64,000 nt of DNA from Neoechinorhynchus agilis (GCA_051530055.1 CM121341.1:16904784-16968783); one strand, 5' to 3'; shown: positions 1 through 13,760, counted from the stretch's first letter. Notes: a model not told the origin generated them from the letters alone. Made by a program: numbers and translations.

Positions 1-2310
1 TAAGGGATTCAATTACTTTATCGAACCCCGTTCTTTTAATCCATGAACCAGAGGCCGTTCGCCACGGACGACATCGCTGCTGAGATATGGTCTTCCACCA
101 GGGCGACGAACAAGGCTTAAGCGAGGAAAGTCTTTTGGTGTCCTGACTTAGCTGAGAACGGGCCCTACAAGGCCAATATAAATATGCCCAGAATTTAACC
201 GATGCCTTGTCGCCACGCGCTTTGGCCCCATGGAGCTCCTTTCCGTATAGAGACAGAAGTTTAGGTTTCTTTAATCCAGGATACGAGCGTTGGACTGTGG
301 TAAGAAACGAAATACTATTGCTAGATAGAAATTCATTAATTTCCTTAAGAGAGGCGTTTTTGCAGTAACTGCTGTAAAATTCGAAGCCGTAGTTAAAAAG
401 ATTGATGTTGAGAACCGATAATTTAAATCTTTTGTTGAGTAGCACGTTTTTATCGAAGCTCCAAACAATTAGGTCGTGCCCCGAAAGCCGGAAAAGGTAA
501 GATTGTGAGACGACTGGTGGCTTGAAGGGGCAGGTTCTCTTATAGAAACAAATATCCAAATATGAGTAGTAGGACGGACTGGCTGCAAAAGTGGGATGTG
601 GTGGAAAAATAAGGTCGTGGAATTCGGTGGATCGGCTAATAGCTTTGACCCATTTATGAGAAGGGTCGTAAAAATCTCCGAAGAGCATGTCCACTCCGGA
701 ATCGAGCAGATTTTTAAGAATTTGTTTAGTCCGATGCAGGTGAATTTTCCGGGGCCTAACATATATATTACAAATTAAAATTTTCGTTCCAGCGTAGCGC
801 ACGGAAAAGATGGAATAAGACAGGTCAGGGGAAGTGAATTCTGAACGCTTGAGCGAATAAAGAGAAGCTTTAAAAACGGAACGTAACCCTTGGGAGTGAT
901 TGGAAATAGGAGGAGTTAAAAAGGGTGCATAATTCACGGGAAGATTAACTGCTAAAAGGTTCGAGGAATAAAGCGACTTTGTCTATTGTAATAAAATAAT
1001 AATGTCGCTATTTACAATTTCGGATTGTAATCTGGGAATTCCCACTCGCCCACCTGAATTCCACTGTACCAATCTCAAGCCTGGATCAATGCTCAACTTA
1101 CCTTTCACGTTCATCGGGGTCTGCCCTTTTGTTTGCTGGCCGAATAACGTTTTGCTTCGGCACCAACTAGTATTTGATCATCTAGTATCTTCGTTTGTTC
1201 AGCGGTTATCCTTTTGACGAACATCTCGTTATCCGCCATGTCGATATCCGTAGAGGAGTCGATTGTAGTGTCCGTTGTGTGTGCTATTTTTACTCTCTTC
1301 TTTGGCGCAATGGAACAAGGTGGACTATATGATTCGACACGATTTAAACTGCATTGAATTGCAGTCATCATAGACTCGAAGTGCTTTGAAAGCCGTGTTT
1401 CAAGATGTTGAATGGCTGTATTGATCCGCAGATCTACCATTTTTATGACCTTGGCTGTGAATTCAGAAAATTGGGCTTCTAATGGCGAAGCAACTTTCTT
1501 GTTGGTGCTGTTTGATGGAGACGGATCCGGTCGAATGATTTCCCGCAACGTAGCAGGACGTTGAAAGGAGGCTGAAGGTCGTTGGTGCCAGGCGGTGTCA
1601 GGGGTTGTCTTTTTTAAAACTTGGTGTTGCGACCATATTTCATACTTCTTGTTTTCCGGGCATGACCTTGCAAAAGCGTAATGACTTGCTTGACCGCAGT
1701 TGGCACATAATTTCGCCGATTTGGGGCATTTTTCGCTACAGTGATTTTGAGCACGGTACGGACAAACGATAGATTTGTTTGGACATTTCTGTGACCAGCG
1801 GCCTCATTTTTGACATCCGCTGCATCGCGGGAAATGAAAATCGTCCTGATTAGATATATCATTGGAAAGGAATTTAACTTCTACTCCTTGAAAAAAACAT
1901 CGTTGAACTGTAAGTTCATTTCTTGTGTCCACGTTGGCCTTAAAAACTGCTCTCGGTATAGGTTTGCCGTTTTTTTTTGACTTCAGGAAAAAAGAATCTG
2001 GCACCGAAGCTTTGCTTCGAACTCCTCTCTATCGGACAAATCAATGTCCGGAGAGAGACCAGAAACTAGAAATGTGTAGTCGTAGTTGCCAGTAGAAATT
2101 GTAACGCCGGAGTTATCGCATCGGCTAGCGGCGAACTCTGAAATTATTTGAGTGAACGTTGTTTGTAAGGTAGATTTTAAGTTTTCCAGCATAATAAGAG
2201 ATCGATCGAGTGATTTCCCGGTCTTCTTTAATCGTTCTTAACCATGGTGTTAGGAATGTCCGGCGAAGCACCTCTCTTGAAAGCAGAGGAGAGGACGAAA
2301 TTGTGATCAC
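1..2310 (-). mobile_element. Decayed non-LTR retrotransposon (compact APE-RT LINE family, copy 1): gag-like ORF1 and 5' part of ORF2, running off the window start
   Basis: Minus strand ~1620-1800 encodes three Cys/His knuckles (CSGCQK..., CPYRAQNHCSEKC, CANCGQASHYAFARSCP). ~1000-450 encodes an APE-like segment ending SGHDLI. 1-230 encodes WWKTISQQRCRPWRTASGSWIKRTGFDKVIESL, similar to LWDTILKKRRTDWKMKAASWIGEISYTNVIERI in the 10439 ORF. Frameshifts and stops present. Confidence 0.75.
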
Positions 2311-2334
2311 ATGCGGCCATCTTTTGATTGGAAG

Positions 2335-2549
2335 ATCCAGATAGGTTTGTCGATAGGAGAAAATAAATGAAATTAAGAATTTATTGATTTGATATTTCGA
2401 TCCACTATCTCGGATCTTCTTCAGCGATTGTTTTTAGAGAGAAGATCCGAGATAGTGGATCGAAATATCAAATCAATAAATTCTTAATTTCATTTATTTT
2501 CTCCTATCGACAAATAACAATGAATTATCCTTTCAACATCCAGATAGGT
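2335..2549. mobile_element. PLE-derived hairpin insertion with 12-bp target-site duplication
   Basis: Perfect ~75-bp inverted arms (2346-2420 / 2440-2514); direct repeat ATCCAGATAGGT at 2335-2346 and 2538-2549; hammerhead core on the minus strand at 2391-2424. Confidence 0.8.
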
Positions 2550-2783
2550 CTCGGTGTTGGAATTCGAATTGGATTGGATGGATGATACTGAACAGTATCC
2601 TTGCTTTTTAGATGAGCTCGCGCTGCTTAACTAATAGCTTGATCAATCATTGCTTGCTGTGTCTTAGGTGGCCGTTCGCCATCGTCCACCGCAACGCTGG
2701 GTTGCGAAACAACCGCATCAGCTCACCATGGCGCTGTTATTGACGTGAATCAAAATCAGAAATCGTATTTACTCTTGGTGATA

Positions 2784-3815
2784 ATGAGAAAATCAGAATC
2801 GTTTAACGATATTAAGAATGAGCGATTCAAAGAAACAGAACACGTAAGTGTTGTTTTGTGCACCCTACTTAAATGCGTTCGGTTCTTTTCTAGTTCCACC
2901 TATTGTTCAATCGGTTTTCAGAGAAGATTAAGACTAGAACACATTTTTCATTTAAGACGTTCAGAGTATATCCCAATACTGTTACAGTCAAAGAATCTAT
3001 GAATTGTTGAGCAGGTTGTTCTCGTTTTAGACAAATCTTATCTCATTTGTGTTAGAGAATGTGCATTGAAGTTATTTGAAACATTTCGAATCGCTTTTTT
3101 AGTTGAAAATGTAAACGGAAAGACAGAACCGATTACTCGTCTAAATGATCGCCGATATTTTAAGTAGGCTTAATCCTACTTATGTGCTTGTTGATCCATA
3201 TATTCGGAAAGGATAAAAGGAACTCGGTCAACCGTAGAACAACTGGGTGGCAGAGGTGGTGCTTATTCGTTTCGAAATGACTTAAAAATACTTAAGTCGA
3301 ATACGAGAACGGACATTGAAATAATCAAAAGTCGCATTCAAGGGATCGATGCTTCATTTCAATTCGATAATAAAGTCTTCTTGTCACGGCTAAATTCAAA
3401 CTTAAAGGAAAGGCCTATAACGAGCGATCAAACTAAAAGCGTCTATGAAAATACGAATTTAAAAATAGATGAACAAGTTTGTAGCTTTCTCGAAGCTATC
3501 GTAAGTCGATTCGATGGTTGCGTTCTCGATCAGAAACAAACAAAAATGGATATATTTTGTGTTTTTTACTTCATAGTTCAAGCAAAAGAGAACTCTTCAC
3601 TGAGTCGATACTTAAGTTTGGAACATTTTCTCAGGTAAATCTCTGTCTATTTTACTTCTCTAATTTGTCGTAGGAATAAGAAGTTTGACTTGCTGACCGA
3701 AATGTTTCCTGATGCCATCAAAAATAATAAGAGGAATATAATCATGTTCTCTGAATTTATAACCAAAGAGCTGAACACTGTAGTGGATACACTTGATTAT
3801 ATATCACAGAATTAA
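2784..3815 (+). CDS. Hypothetical 5-exon protein (~280 aa), function unknown; true start uncertain
   Basis: Four GT-AG introns (2844-2893, 2966-3014, 3164-3211, 3635-3673; 39-50 nt) join otherwise stop-interrupted frames into one ORF ending TAA at 3813-3815. No recognisable domain. Confidence 0.55.
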
Positions 3816-4537
3816 TTATTTAAATAAATAGAGATTTATAAAGCTTCATTATTATACAAATGCAATACACGACGTCGCAACAAAAAACTGAATAGCCAAA
3901 AGATAACTTAAAATTATTGTTTAGACCTTCACCCGGTAAATAATTGTTTATTAAAAACGCTTCGAACCTCGTCGGTACAATAACACTAATCATATGCATC
4001 GATACCTCACATATGGAGAAAAAATAGGTCGTTTACTAATTCGGTCCTTTGAAAACTACACTTTTGATATATTTTTCAATGCTTTAAAAATTATAGTTTC
4101 GCTCCATAGCTGTTAAACCGTAACTGTTACCTGTACGTCGTGATATTGATTCGTCGTAAACGTATTCTTTTGCAAAACATTAGAAATAAAAAGTCAAACA
4201 GCTAAACATCTCTTGACTATGACAAATTACATTTTTAATTTTTTAAAGAGTGCTTAAATATAAGCAGATTTTGAGCTTATACTCCTAATCAATCGCAGAA
4301 TGCGACAATCTTATGTTCATTTCCCGTATTTACGTCGACGCAGCTCGTATACGTCGGTGGTATACGTTTAAGTAGAATCAGGTGTTAACATTTAACGAAG
4401 AAAGTTTTCATTAGCAAACGAAGTCTAAAAGCAAAAGGACTTTCACCAGTGACAGACAATAATCGCTCATGAATTGATAGTATACGGTTGAGGTATCGTC
4501 ACTTGTTAATGAATTCGATTTTTATCTGTTTATTAAA

Positions 4538-6125
4538 CCGTAAAATTGATGGCAAACAATTAATGAGGCTCGAAAAGTAGTTTTTGAAAAATATTAATTG
4601 TCGGTAATATCTGTGATTCACGTGAGCATGTGAGCCCCATGTCCCTTTTATAGAGATATGTAATAAGCGTTTGCTGATTGGCTAGTTTTAATTTAGGCGG
4701 CTAAACACGTGATGTAACGATACATGGTCAGGGAGCGTTATACTCGCTTATTCCACGGTATCTATCGATCGAAATATCTATCTCATCAGCATTAGCTTTC
4801 AAGAATGCCCCAACAACACAATTTCGACTTGAGATCCCATGACGTAAGTTTTTCGGAAACTTCCATCTCCTACCTAATAAAAAATTTCTTGCTAGGATTT
4901 CATTAGATTTCTCAAAAAATTCAATACGGAAATGCTAGTTCTCGGCAAAATACCAGATTATTCAACTCTTTATATTTCAGAACCTAAGGAAGGTGAATCC
5001 ATATTTCAAGCACAGACACTATCATTCAGTGAAGAGGATTGCGTGGAAACTATTACTCAATATATTCACTGCGCTGCAGCACTTAATGTCCTTGAAAGCG
5101 TTTTATCATTGTTAGAAGAAGAAACTGATTTGAGTGCGACACCCACGACTGAACATGAAAATGCTACAACCAATATTGAATCTACAGAATCGCAATCAAT
5201 TCAAACAAGCACTATTTCGGTCGCTGAAGTGGTTCTTCAACCAATAGTTCAAACGCCGCAATCCCATAATTCTACTTTGGGTAATCGACGAAAGAGTAAG
5301 AAAAGAAGCGTTGAAGAAGACGATGATGGTTTCGTGAATGTGCTCAAATGCCCATTGTGCGAAAAAACTTTCAATAGTATCGAAGCTCTACGTGTGCATT
5401 TTGGACCAATGCATATTAATGAAAGCTATAAATGTAATCGAGAAAATTGCTCCAGGATCTTCAATGAAAGAAGATCACGCGAACGTCACAGCGCGAATCC
5501 AAGAGACGATGTCCACTTAGATTCTCCTAAGCTCAGGGCAGAAATGGAGCTGCGAAATATAATTACGCCGTCCAACAAATCAAAGGCTAAGGAGGAATTG
5601 GACAAACTTATCAAGATTAAACCGCTCGAGGTTTTGAGATTGCCAAAAAATTCCAGAAAATCAAGCGATGCTAAAGAAGAATGTGAAATTCACGAGAACA
5701 ATGACCCCCAAAACGAAAATGCAAATTCCAATGATGAAAAAGATCAATAAAAATAAATAACTTGTAAAAAATATTTGTAAGGATTTAATTTCTATGGGAA
5801 AGTTAGACTTGGTGTAATTTTTACACATAACCGATTTTTAGAGTTGCGAATTATGTTTAACACATCAATGATTCGATCTATTGATCAATCCGCTATATTT
5901 ATGAGCACATTATAAATTTTGATTGCACGCTGCACTAATGACTTTTATTGAACGATAAATATTATAGTTCCTAATTATCTTTAATTATATATATCTATGT
6001 CTTTATTTGAACTGTGTCCATAAATTTTCTTCTAATTGAGTTAATTATTGTGAGTTTAAGATATGTTGACGTTTTCGATGAAATATAAATAAAAATCCGA
6101 TATCCAAATTTTAAAACTGAATTAA
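4538..6125 (+). repeat. Segmental duplication, copy A (partner 22397-24482)
   Basis: Near-identical sequence including gene and both flanks. Offset is 17859 before and 18357 after the 498-bp internal duplication in copy B. Confidence 0.95.
4805..5750 (+). CDS. disconnected/basonuclin-like C2H2 zinc-finger protein, copy 1 (one finger pair)
   Basis: CPLCEKTFNSIEALRVHFGPMH...YKCNRENCSRIFNERRSRERHSANPRDDVH matches the disco/basonuclin finger pair (recalled consensus C..C.KTF.D.GALKIHF..VH...C....C...F.SRRSRNRHSANPN..LH). Predicted exon 1 4805-4843 (MPQQHNFDLRSHD), GTAAGT..CTAG intron 4844-4895, exon 2 in frame with the 4932 ORF. Confidence 0.85.
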
Positions 6126-6375
6126 AGGTATAATTTAACCTGCGTGAGAGTAGGCAGCTCTATGTTTTTACATCGCTTCAACGAGAACTGCATAAAATAA
6201 ATGATATATTAAGCTAATGCCCGAAAATGTATCATTCAAATCTTTTATGAGTTCTTGGTATTATTAGAATTATTATTTAGGTCTTCATCCGGACGATATT
6301 CGACACGTATTCAATAAAAAAGTTATTTGTCGGGTGAAGAAATAATAATAATTCTAATCGTATACCAAGGTATCT

Positions 6376-7437
6376 ATCGTATACAATGAAGATATTCGAA
6401 CACATAGTCGATCGGCGAATTCGTGAAATAGTGGACATAACGACTAACCAATCGGGATTCGTCAGGGAATGTGTAACAACATACGCAACACATGCTGCTC
6501 GAATGCTCTGCGAAAAGTGTCGCGAGAAAAAAAGACCTATTTATCGCATTCCTTGACTTTGAAAAGGCATTCGATCGCGTCGCCCGCGAGCTTATATGGT
6601 ACGCGCTGCGACGATGTTCAGCAGCAATCTCAACGCCTTTCGATATGTCCACCAAGGAAGCGCACTATCAGCACTACTCCTAGCGACGGATAATCAGACA
6701 GATATGCAGGCCTTAGTGCAGGCATGGAGCGACCGTCTTGCGAGCTTTGGATTACGATTAAACCTGGACAAAACTGAATATATGGCGTATGATCATAATC
6801 AGCCCATCCAGGTCGATAACACTGTACTGAAGTGCACCGACAGGTTCAAATACCTCGGATCATTGATGTCAGTTGAAGGTGGTTTACAATACGAAGTGTC
6901 ATCAAGAATAAGCGCTGCATGGACTAAATGTTTGCGACAGACAACTGGTATTTTTGCGATCGCAGAATAAAAGGCAGCCTAAAGTCCAAGATCTACAGGA
7001 CAGTTATCCGACCTGTAGCAATGTATGAGGCTGAATGCTGGCCGATGACCAAACCTAAAAAGAAGCGCCTATCAATCATGGAGATGAGGATGCTGTGGTC
7101 GATAAGTGGACTTACTCTGCGTGATCATATCCGAAATAAAGACGTGAGGACGAAGTATGGAGTAACGCCGATACAAAACAAGCTGCAGGAAGCGCACCTA
7201 CGATTTTATGGCCATGTCCTAAGGGCTGATGACGACACAATCATCAAAACGAGTATTGGGATCCAAATCCAGGGAAGATGCTCTAAAGGACGACCGAAGC
7301 AAAGGTGGATGGAAGCCTTACACCAGAACCTCAAGGCTGCAAACGTGCACCCGGATATGGCACATGACAGGGGAAAATGGAGGGGTTGATCGATAAGAGC
7401 TGACCCCGCCATTGCTTGGGACAAAGGCTAAAGAAGA
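6376..7437 (+). mobile_element. RTE-clade LINE 3' fragment (internally deleted RT, intact 3' end)
   Basis: FLDFEKAFDRV, VHQGSALS, FKYLGS, KSKIYRTVIRP motifs; RT core deleted; ends GCTGACCCCGCC..GGGACAAAGGCTAAAGAAGA. 6376-7349 is near-identical to 28024-28997. Confidence 0.9.
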
Positions 7438-7617
7438 TATACCCCGGCGGTACCTTACATATCGACATTATCGAAATTTTTCTTAGAGTTGACAATAATA
7501 TGCTTTTCGTTCCTAATAATTCTGTTTAAAAGTAAAAATAAGTCCAAATATGTCTCAACAACTAGCTATATGAAACAATACGTTTTCACCTTGATTATAC
7601 ATACGATAGATATTTCA

Positions 7618-7741
7618 CTTCAACTTTAGTATGCAGCTCGAAAGTTCTAATGCCATACGACAATAAATATTATTTTTAAGCCAGCAATATAGCCGTTAGT
7701 TCAACTTATGTATTTTTGTTTCCATTACGATACGTTGCTAG
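7618..7741 (+). repeat. 124-bp dispersed repeat (partner 39716-39839)
   Basis: Direct repeat at offset 32098 with two mismatches seen. Confidence 0.9.
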
Positions 7742-8379
7742 CTTCTATTTCAACATTTCGTGCTTTACCGGAATTCTGTTTTCAAAATGATTGAATTTGC
7801 AATGAAAATGCCAAGTTATCAAACAACTTTTAAATACAGCGGCAAAAAATTTGAACTTAATATTTTATATCTAAACATCATCAAGTGCTCATGCAACTTT
7901 CGGATCTAAAAATTCTTTTTTGGTGATTTAATTGGATACAGCAGTTTCCAGTTTGAATTTGTGATATTGTCGTAAACAATTTTTCTTATGAGTACCGACG
8001 TACAAATACTTGAATAGCGGTTAGCGTTTCGGGCAACATGTTTATTAGACCCCTGTTCTTTGACTCATTGTCCACTAGAACCTCTAAGCTAGAGCACCAG
8101 TGCCTTTTCAATGGCAATTTTAAGCTGATTGGTTGGACTGAGCAGCCTATTTCGATGGCTTTCATTATTCACCGATTCCGTGGCTGTACGCTAGTAACAC
8201 ATTAGCGCCATCAAAATCAATTTGATATGGTTGACATGTCGCACAATTTTTTGTTAAAAAAACTGCGTTCTGACACAAAGTTCGAATAATCGAGATTTAT
8301 GGAACCCCGATCCACCGGCTGACCGAGGAGGGGGTCAGATAGCGGTTGATTATGATAATGCGAAGGAACCTTGTATAGA

Positions 8380-11300
8380 AAGAGGAATGGAAGTGGATGA
8401 AGATCCTGCTAAGGTTAGTTATGAGTGCGTGCGATATCCAAGTTACCCGGAAAGAAGTAATCTGAAGGAGAACTCCTCAGAAAATAAAGAAGAAGGGGTG
8501 GTTATGACGGATAACGTTTTTGCAAATCCCCATAAAGTCTACAGTCGGCAAAGGGGTGAATATGAAACAGTGGGTCTCAATAATAATGGGTTTTCGGCCC
8601 CTACCATGATTTGGGTAACTTTGGGATGGGAACAGCATTCCAGAGATTGCCTAGACCAAAAGAGGACTTTGGAATAAGAGTAAAAAAACTTGAGAACTTT
8701 AACGATAAACTGTCTAATAAAGAAATATTATAAAAAGTTCTTAGAACCTAGTAAGCTTACGAAACAGCAGGTATTCCAAATTAAAAAGTGGTGAACACCA
8801 AATGGGTAGTTTTGGTTTTTTTCTTCGTAATGGAGGGCTTAAAAAGTTTTAAAGGAATTTTTTAGGAAAAGAAAATTACATTTGACGATATATCTCGGAG
8901 ATCTACTCTTCGTATGCTTAATCCACCCCCAGACCTTAGTAAGGAAGAGTTCCAGGAGACAAGAAAGTGTTTCACGTTGACCCAATTAAATATTTAAGAA
9001 AAAATCCAACGATGGATCCATATGCGATTTTGGTTGCGGGAACCCAAGACACGATTAATAAAATTAAAGGGCGCAATTTTCCGTTTTTGGCTTACTGGAT
9101 AGAATTTTCAAGTCAAAATAAAACATCAATACATGATTTCATTCTAACCCAATGCCAAAAAACCTGGGAGTGCAGTAACGAAATCAAATGTATGTTTTGC
9201 TCAGAAAACCATGGTAAGGAACAATGTAGTAGCAATAATAGACTGTGTTGCCCCAACTGCGGAGAACATCAAGGTTTCAACAGAGTATGTCCTGTGGCTA
9301 TAAGATATTGGAAAAGTGTCAACAAGGATACATCTTCAGGGAATGACTGAATAGGATTTAAGCACAACCAGACTTCCTGGCCCGAAATCAATGATGATAG
9401 GTATTTAGAGAGAGAGGTGCAGTCCCTAGCAAGTAAGATAAAAGAATTGAACGAAAAAATGGTAGTATTAATGGGTGAAATGGACAAAAAAGATAAAAAA
9501 AATAGACGAACTGCAGAAGGAAAACGGGAGTTTAAAGGCGGAACTAAGAAAGCGAGAAGGCAGTGAAGTTTGATTAGAATCAAGTTCAGACAGAGGAAAT
9601 AGTAATTACATCTGGTAACGGTGGAAAGGTGGCGCAACCAGAAAAGCAAATTACAAAAAGAGCAGAGGAGGGTACATAATATCAAATAGAAATGGAATCA
9701 CGAAAGGTAAGAGGGGGAAAACCTCATGATCAAACAAAATATGATAAGGCCCATAAATTACCTAAGTCATAATTTTAATATTATAACATAATGTTTCGAA
9801 AATTTCAACATTATCTAATTTCTTGAAACAGGCGATAAATTGGGACTCTACGAAAAATTTTTGTATGCAGGAGACAGGAGAACAACCCCTGATTGAAAAC
9901 TTGGATTACATTACTGTAGTATTAGCCCCTATAAATAATGGTAATGCCCCTAATAATAAAATGGGTTTCTCGGGAGGATTACAAACAACGGTTCATAAGT
10001 CCCTCTGTCCAAAATTATTGGTGCAATCCAAAACCGTAAACTATGCAATCCAAATAATTTCGATAAGTAATTTTTCATATGTCGAGCTCACCCACCTTCC
10101 ACTCGAAAAACTCCCACTCTTATTTAGACCTTATGTTGTCCAGGAAAGAATTAAACTTGGTGACAAATGTTACCGGACAATTTTTTGATAACAAAAAATG
10201 GGCCATGACATGCTAATATACAGTCTAGGTTCCTATGGACTGAGAACAAAAGTCGATTTTTATACTCCTGCGGCCATTAAGCTTTTAATGAAACCTTATC
10301 ATCTCTAATAAATGATAAAGGTATGGTTTCTATGGGGGCATTTAATAGCATGGTATCGATTGCTGCAAAAAATTACAAATTACTGTTAGGCCAGTTAGGA
10401 GTAATCGTGCTTTTGGACCAAATGCAGCGAACTACCGCATGGCACGAATTTGCGAAACCAAAGGAGATTCTCTGGGTTCTCAGTACTGGATGGGGAAATT
10501 TTATAAAAATTTATATTGGGAGAGTATAGAAAAAGATAGATTATATCTATCACTTTCAGGCATTATGAAGAAAAAATTATGGGACACAATTTTAAAGAAA
10601 AGGAGAACTGACTGGAAAATGAAAGCAGCCTCTTGGATAGGGGAAATTTCATACACAAATGTAATAGAAAGGATTTTATTCCACCATATCTTGGGGGCCA
10701 AAAAAACTCCATACATATGGCCTGAGAATGAAAAATGTTCCCTCGGGAATATAAATATAGAACAGGTACTTAAAAGTTGGATGGGCAACTCCTCTTTGGC
10801 CATGAATGGAAAAGATGTCTCTCTCAAGGTAATGAATATGCTAGATGAAAGAAATAAAGTTTTATTTTGGTCCAAAATGGATAAGAACTTGTCCTTTTCT
10901 GAACTAATGAAATTTAACATAGTGAAGAAGGTGATAATTCCAAAAAATAAGAACAGAATAATGTCTCCAACGGAGGTACGTTTAATCGCAATTCAAAACC
11001 CAGTTATTTCTATTATGGAAAGGTGCTTGAATAATACCTTATGGATTTATTATCGAAAAGAAAAAAGATCCCAAATATCTTTCATGGTTTTATAAAGGGC
11101 AAAAGCGTGAACACTTTATTGACAGAACTTCATAGATTGAACAGTACTCACTCAAAGGTGCACAAAGAAGTAGTTCAATTAGATATTAGCAGAGCGTTTG
11201 ATGCTATAGATAGAGGTTTTATATATGAAGCATGTCGCAACTTGAAGCTTCCGAGAAATTTATTGGAACAAATAAAATTTCTTATGGAATCTAAATCTTA

Positions 11301-12100
11301 TTTTGTAGAGGTGGATCCCAGCTCTGAAAAATTTTACACTAAATATGGAGTACCCCAGGGATTTCCCCTATCACCAACTCTGTTTTCGATTGGGATGATA
11401 AAAATCATGAAGGATCTCAAAAGGGAGCTGAAAGGTTTCAATTTTTTGGTATATGCAAACGATATCTTTATTTTTATTCATCATAAAAGCAAAGAGCGTG
11501 TATGTAGAATGATTGAGTACGGAATTTGTAAAATTAATGGAGCAATGAGAATGGCGAATCTAGCGATCAACAGAGCAAAGACGAACCTCATTCCAATAAC
11601 GGACTCAAGCGCGGCGAGACCAAAACTTCTAAAAGCGATGCGTGAAGACAAAAATTTGGAAGGGTTAAAAATCATGACAAGGACTCGAATTCTGGGAATA
11701 AACTTTCCCGCTTCAAACAAATGTACGATTATGAACTCAGCACTTGGATCTACATACAAAAAGATAAAGATGGTCTGCAAAAAAAAGAAGCATCTCGGGA
11801 TCGAGAAATGTTTTCCAATTCAAATTTTGAAAACTATGGCTGCATCATCTTTCTGTTTTTTAGGCAGAGGAAGGCCACCGGATATGAGACTTCACTTTGC
11901 AATCAACTTGATTAAACGGATAACCGCATTCTGCCGATTAGTGAATGAGAAGACAGCCCTGGAAATAAACTCATTCCTCAAACGTATTTTTATACAAAAC
12001 ATATAGAAGTGCTCAATGGCCAAGAAAAAAAGCACGAATACAAATAGTGCAAGGAATTTACTACCTTGAATACACACACGGAATGTCACGTCTAAAGATT
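8380..12100 (+). mobile_element. Decayed non-LTR retrotransposon (compact APE-RT LINE family, copy 2), near full length
   Basis: ORF1 knuckles CMFCSENHGKEQC...CPNCGEHQGFNRVCP (8967 ORF). APE-like 9823-10300 (GHD motif near 10200). RT motifs QLDISRAFDAID, GVPQGFPLSPTLF, YANDIF (11041 ORF). Frameshifted. Confidence 0.85.
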
Positions 12101-12439
12101 GAAGAAACAAATTGGTTAAAATAACGGATGAAAGACATAAAAAAGAAAGATAGAAAAAGTTTATTCATAAAAATCTGACACATTCCAAATCAATCGACAA
12201 AAATGAAGTCCGTATCTGAAAAGGTTTTTAGTTCTTTACTCTCTAACATGTGGCTGGGTCTTGAGATCGATCATGAAGCTGATGGAGAGAGGGAAGAACA
12301 AAAACAACTACCTAAAACATTTGCAACCGAAATTCGGATAAAAATTAGGATATATCGAGAAACATTTTGTACACGCCGTTATATAAAAAAATTTGATATC
12401 ACAGTTCACCGCATGATTTGATATGGCTGAGGAAGAGTT

Positions 12440-13760
12440 ATAGCGTCTGCATGCATATCTGTGCTGTTATATCTTTTGCCGACTCGCTATTTGTCTGTCC
12501 CACATATTTGGCTGGACAGTCTTTGCAGTGGACCTCATATACCACTTCATCATGTTTTGGTTTGTTTTTAAGGATACCTGCAAGGTATACAAAATGATCG
12601 TCTTGCCCTGGTTACGCAAATGACGCCTTAGGTTCGATTGAATTTCATTGTCCACAAATTTTATTGCTAGGTTTTTGGGTTCGTCATTCTCAGCATCTGT
12701 CATGCTTCTTTTCTCGTGCCTATTTGCAACGTTCTTGGCTTTGCGGGAAGCTCTTCTTATCGCCGATTCGGATAGACAATTGCTCTTAGAGCTTGAGTAA
12801 TCAAACGTATATTTTATGGGCTCTCAGAAACAGGGGCACTGCTGCAGATATTTTATGAATCCGGAGTATGTCTAAGACCAATGTAAAGTAAACCAGGCTA
12901 AATTTGGTTTCCTGAACACGTTTTTTTCTCTATCATTTGTAAGGAAGGTAAGCGACGACTAACAGTAACATCTAGGAAATTGATAGTACCACGCTCACTC
13001 TCTTTGGCTGTTACAGTCCATTTGATGTTGATGCGTGTCGAATCCGACAGTTCATTTAACTTTTTGGCATCTGTATTATCTTCGATGATGAACGCATCGT
13101 CCACATATCACCAGTATTTCTTAAGTCAGGGGAGCCAACTTTTGATATCTTTTTCCCACTCTCGCATGAACCGTTCAACTAGAGTTGGAGCTAGAGGTGA
13201 TCCCATAGCAACAATGTTGTTCGTATAATTTATCTTCGAATTGGAAGATCGTCTTTGTCGTACACCACAATAATGCTTGGGTTTAATCGTTGAAATTTTG
13301 TGACTGCTCACATCAGCGGTGCCTAGTGTATTGTCGAATTTTCTTGGCAAGAGTAGCGCCATCTTTAATGTTATGTTCATAGTCGTCCGTGCTCAATACA
13401 AGCAAGCGATTGATGTCTTTTGCCATCGAGTGGGTTGTAGACATGTAGGATGCTATAATTGGAATAAAGCTTATAAAAACGCATTTTTCCATTTTTGATA
13501 CAATGTATCACATAATTTACCATCTCGTAATTGCTTTTTTAAGAAATCATTGAATTGTTTTTATCGAGGTTGAGTTGGATTCTTGTCTACCTCTTTAAAT
13601 TTTCCATTACCAAGTAACATGAGAGCATGGGAATTGTACTTGTCTTTGTCGACTGCAACCAACATCTTTCCTTTTGACAATTTAGGATTTTTGGCCGTTA
13701 TCGCTAAGAATCTTGATAAAATTTTGACTAACGACGCATCAACCGAAGGGTAGCAAATAA
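12440..13760 (-). mobile_element. Penelope-like element fragment (RT + GIY-YIG)
   Basis: VAMGSPLAPTLVERFM, YVDDAF, INFLDVTV; VVYEVHCKDCPAKYVGQT near 12480-12550. Frameshifted. Confidence 0.85.
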
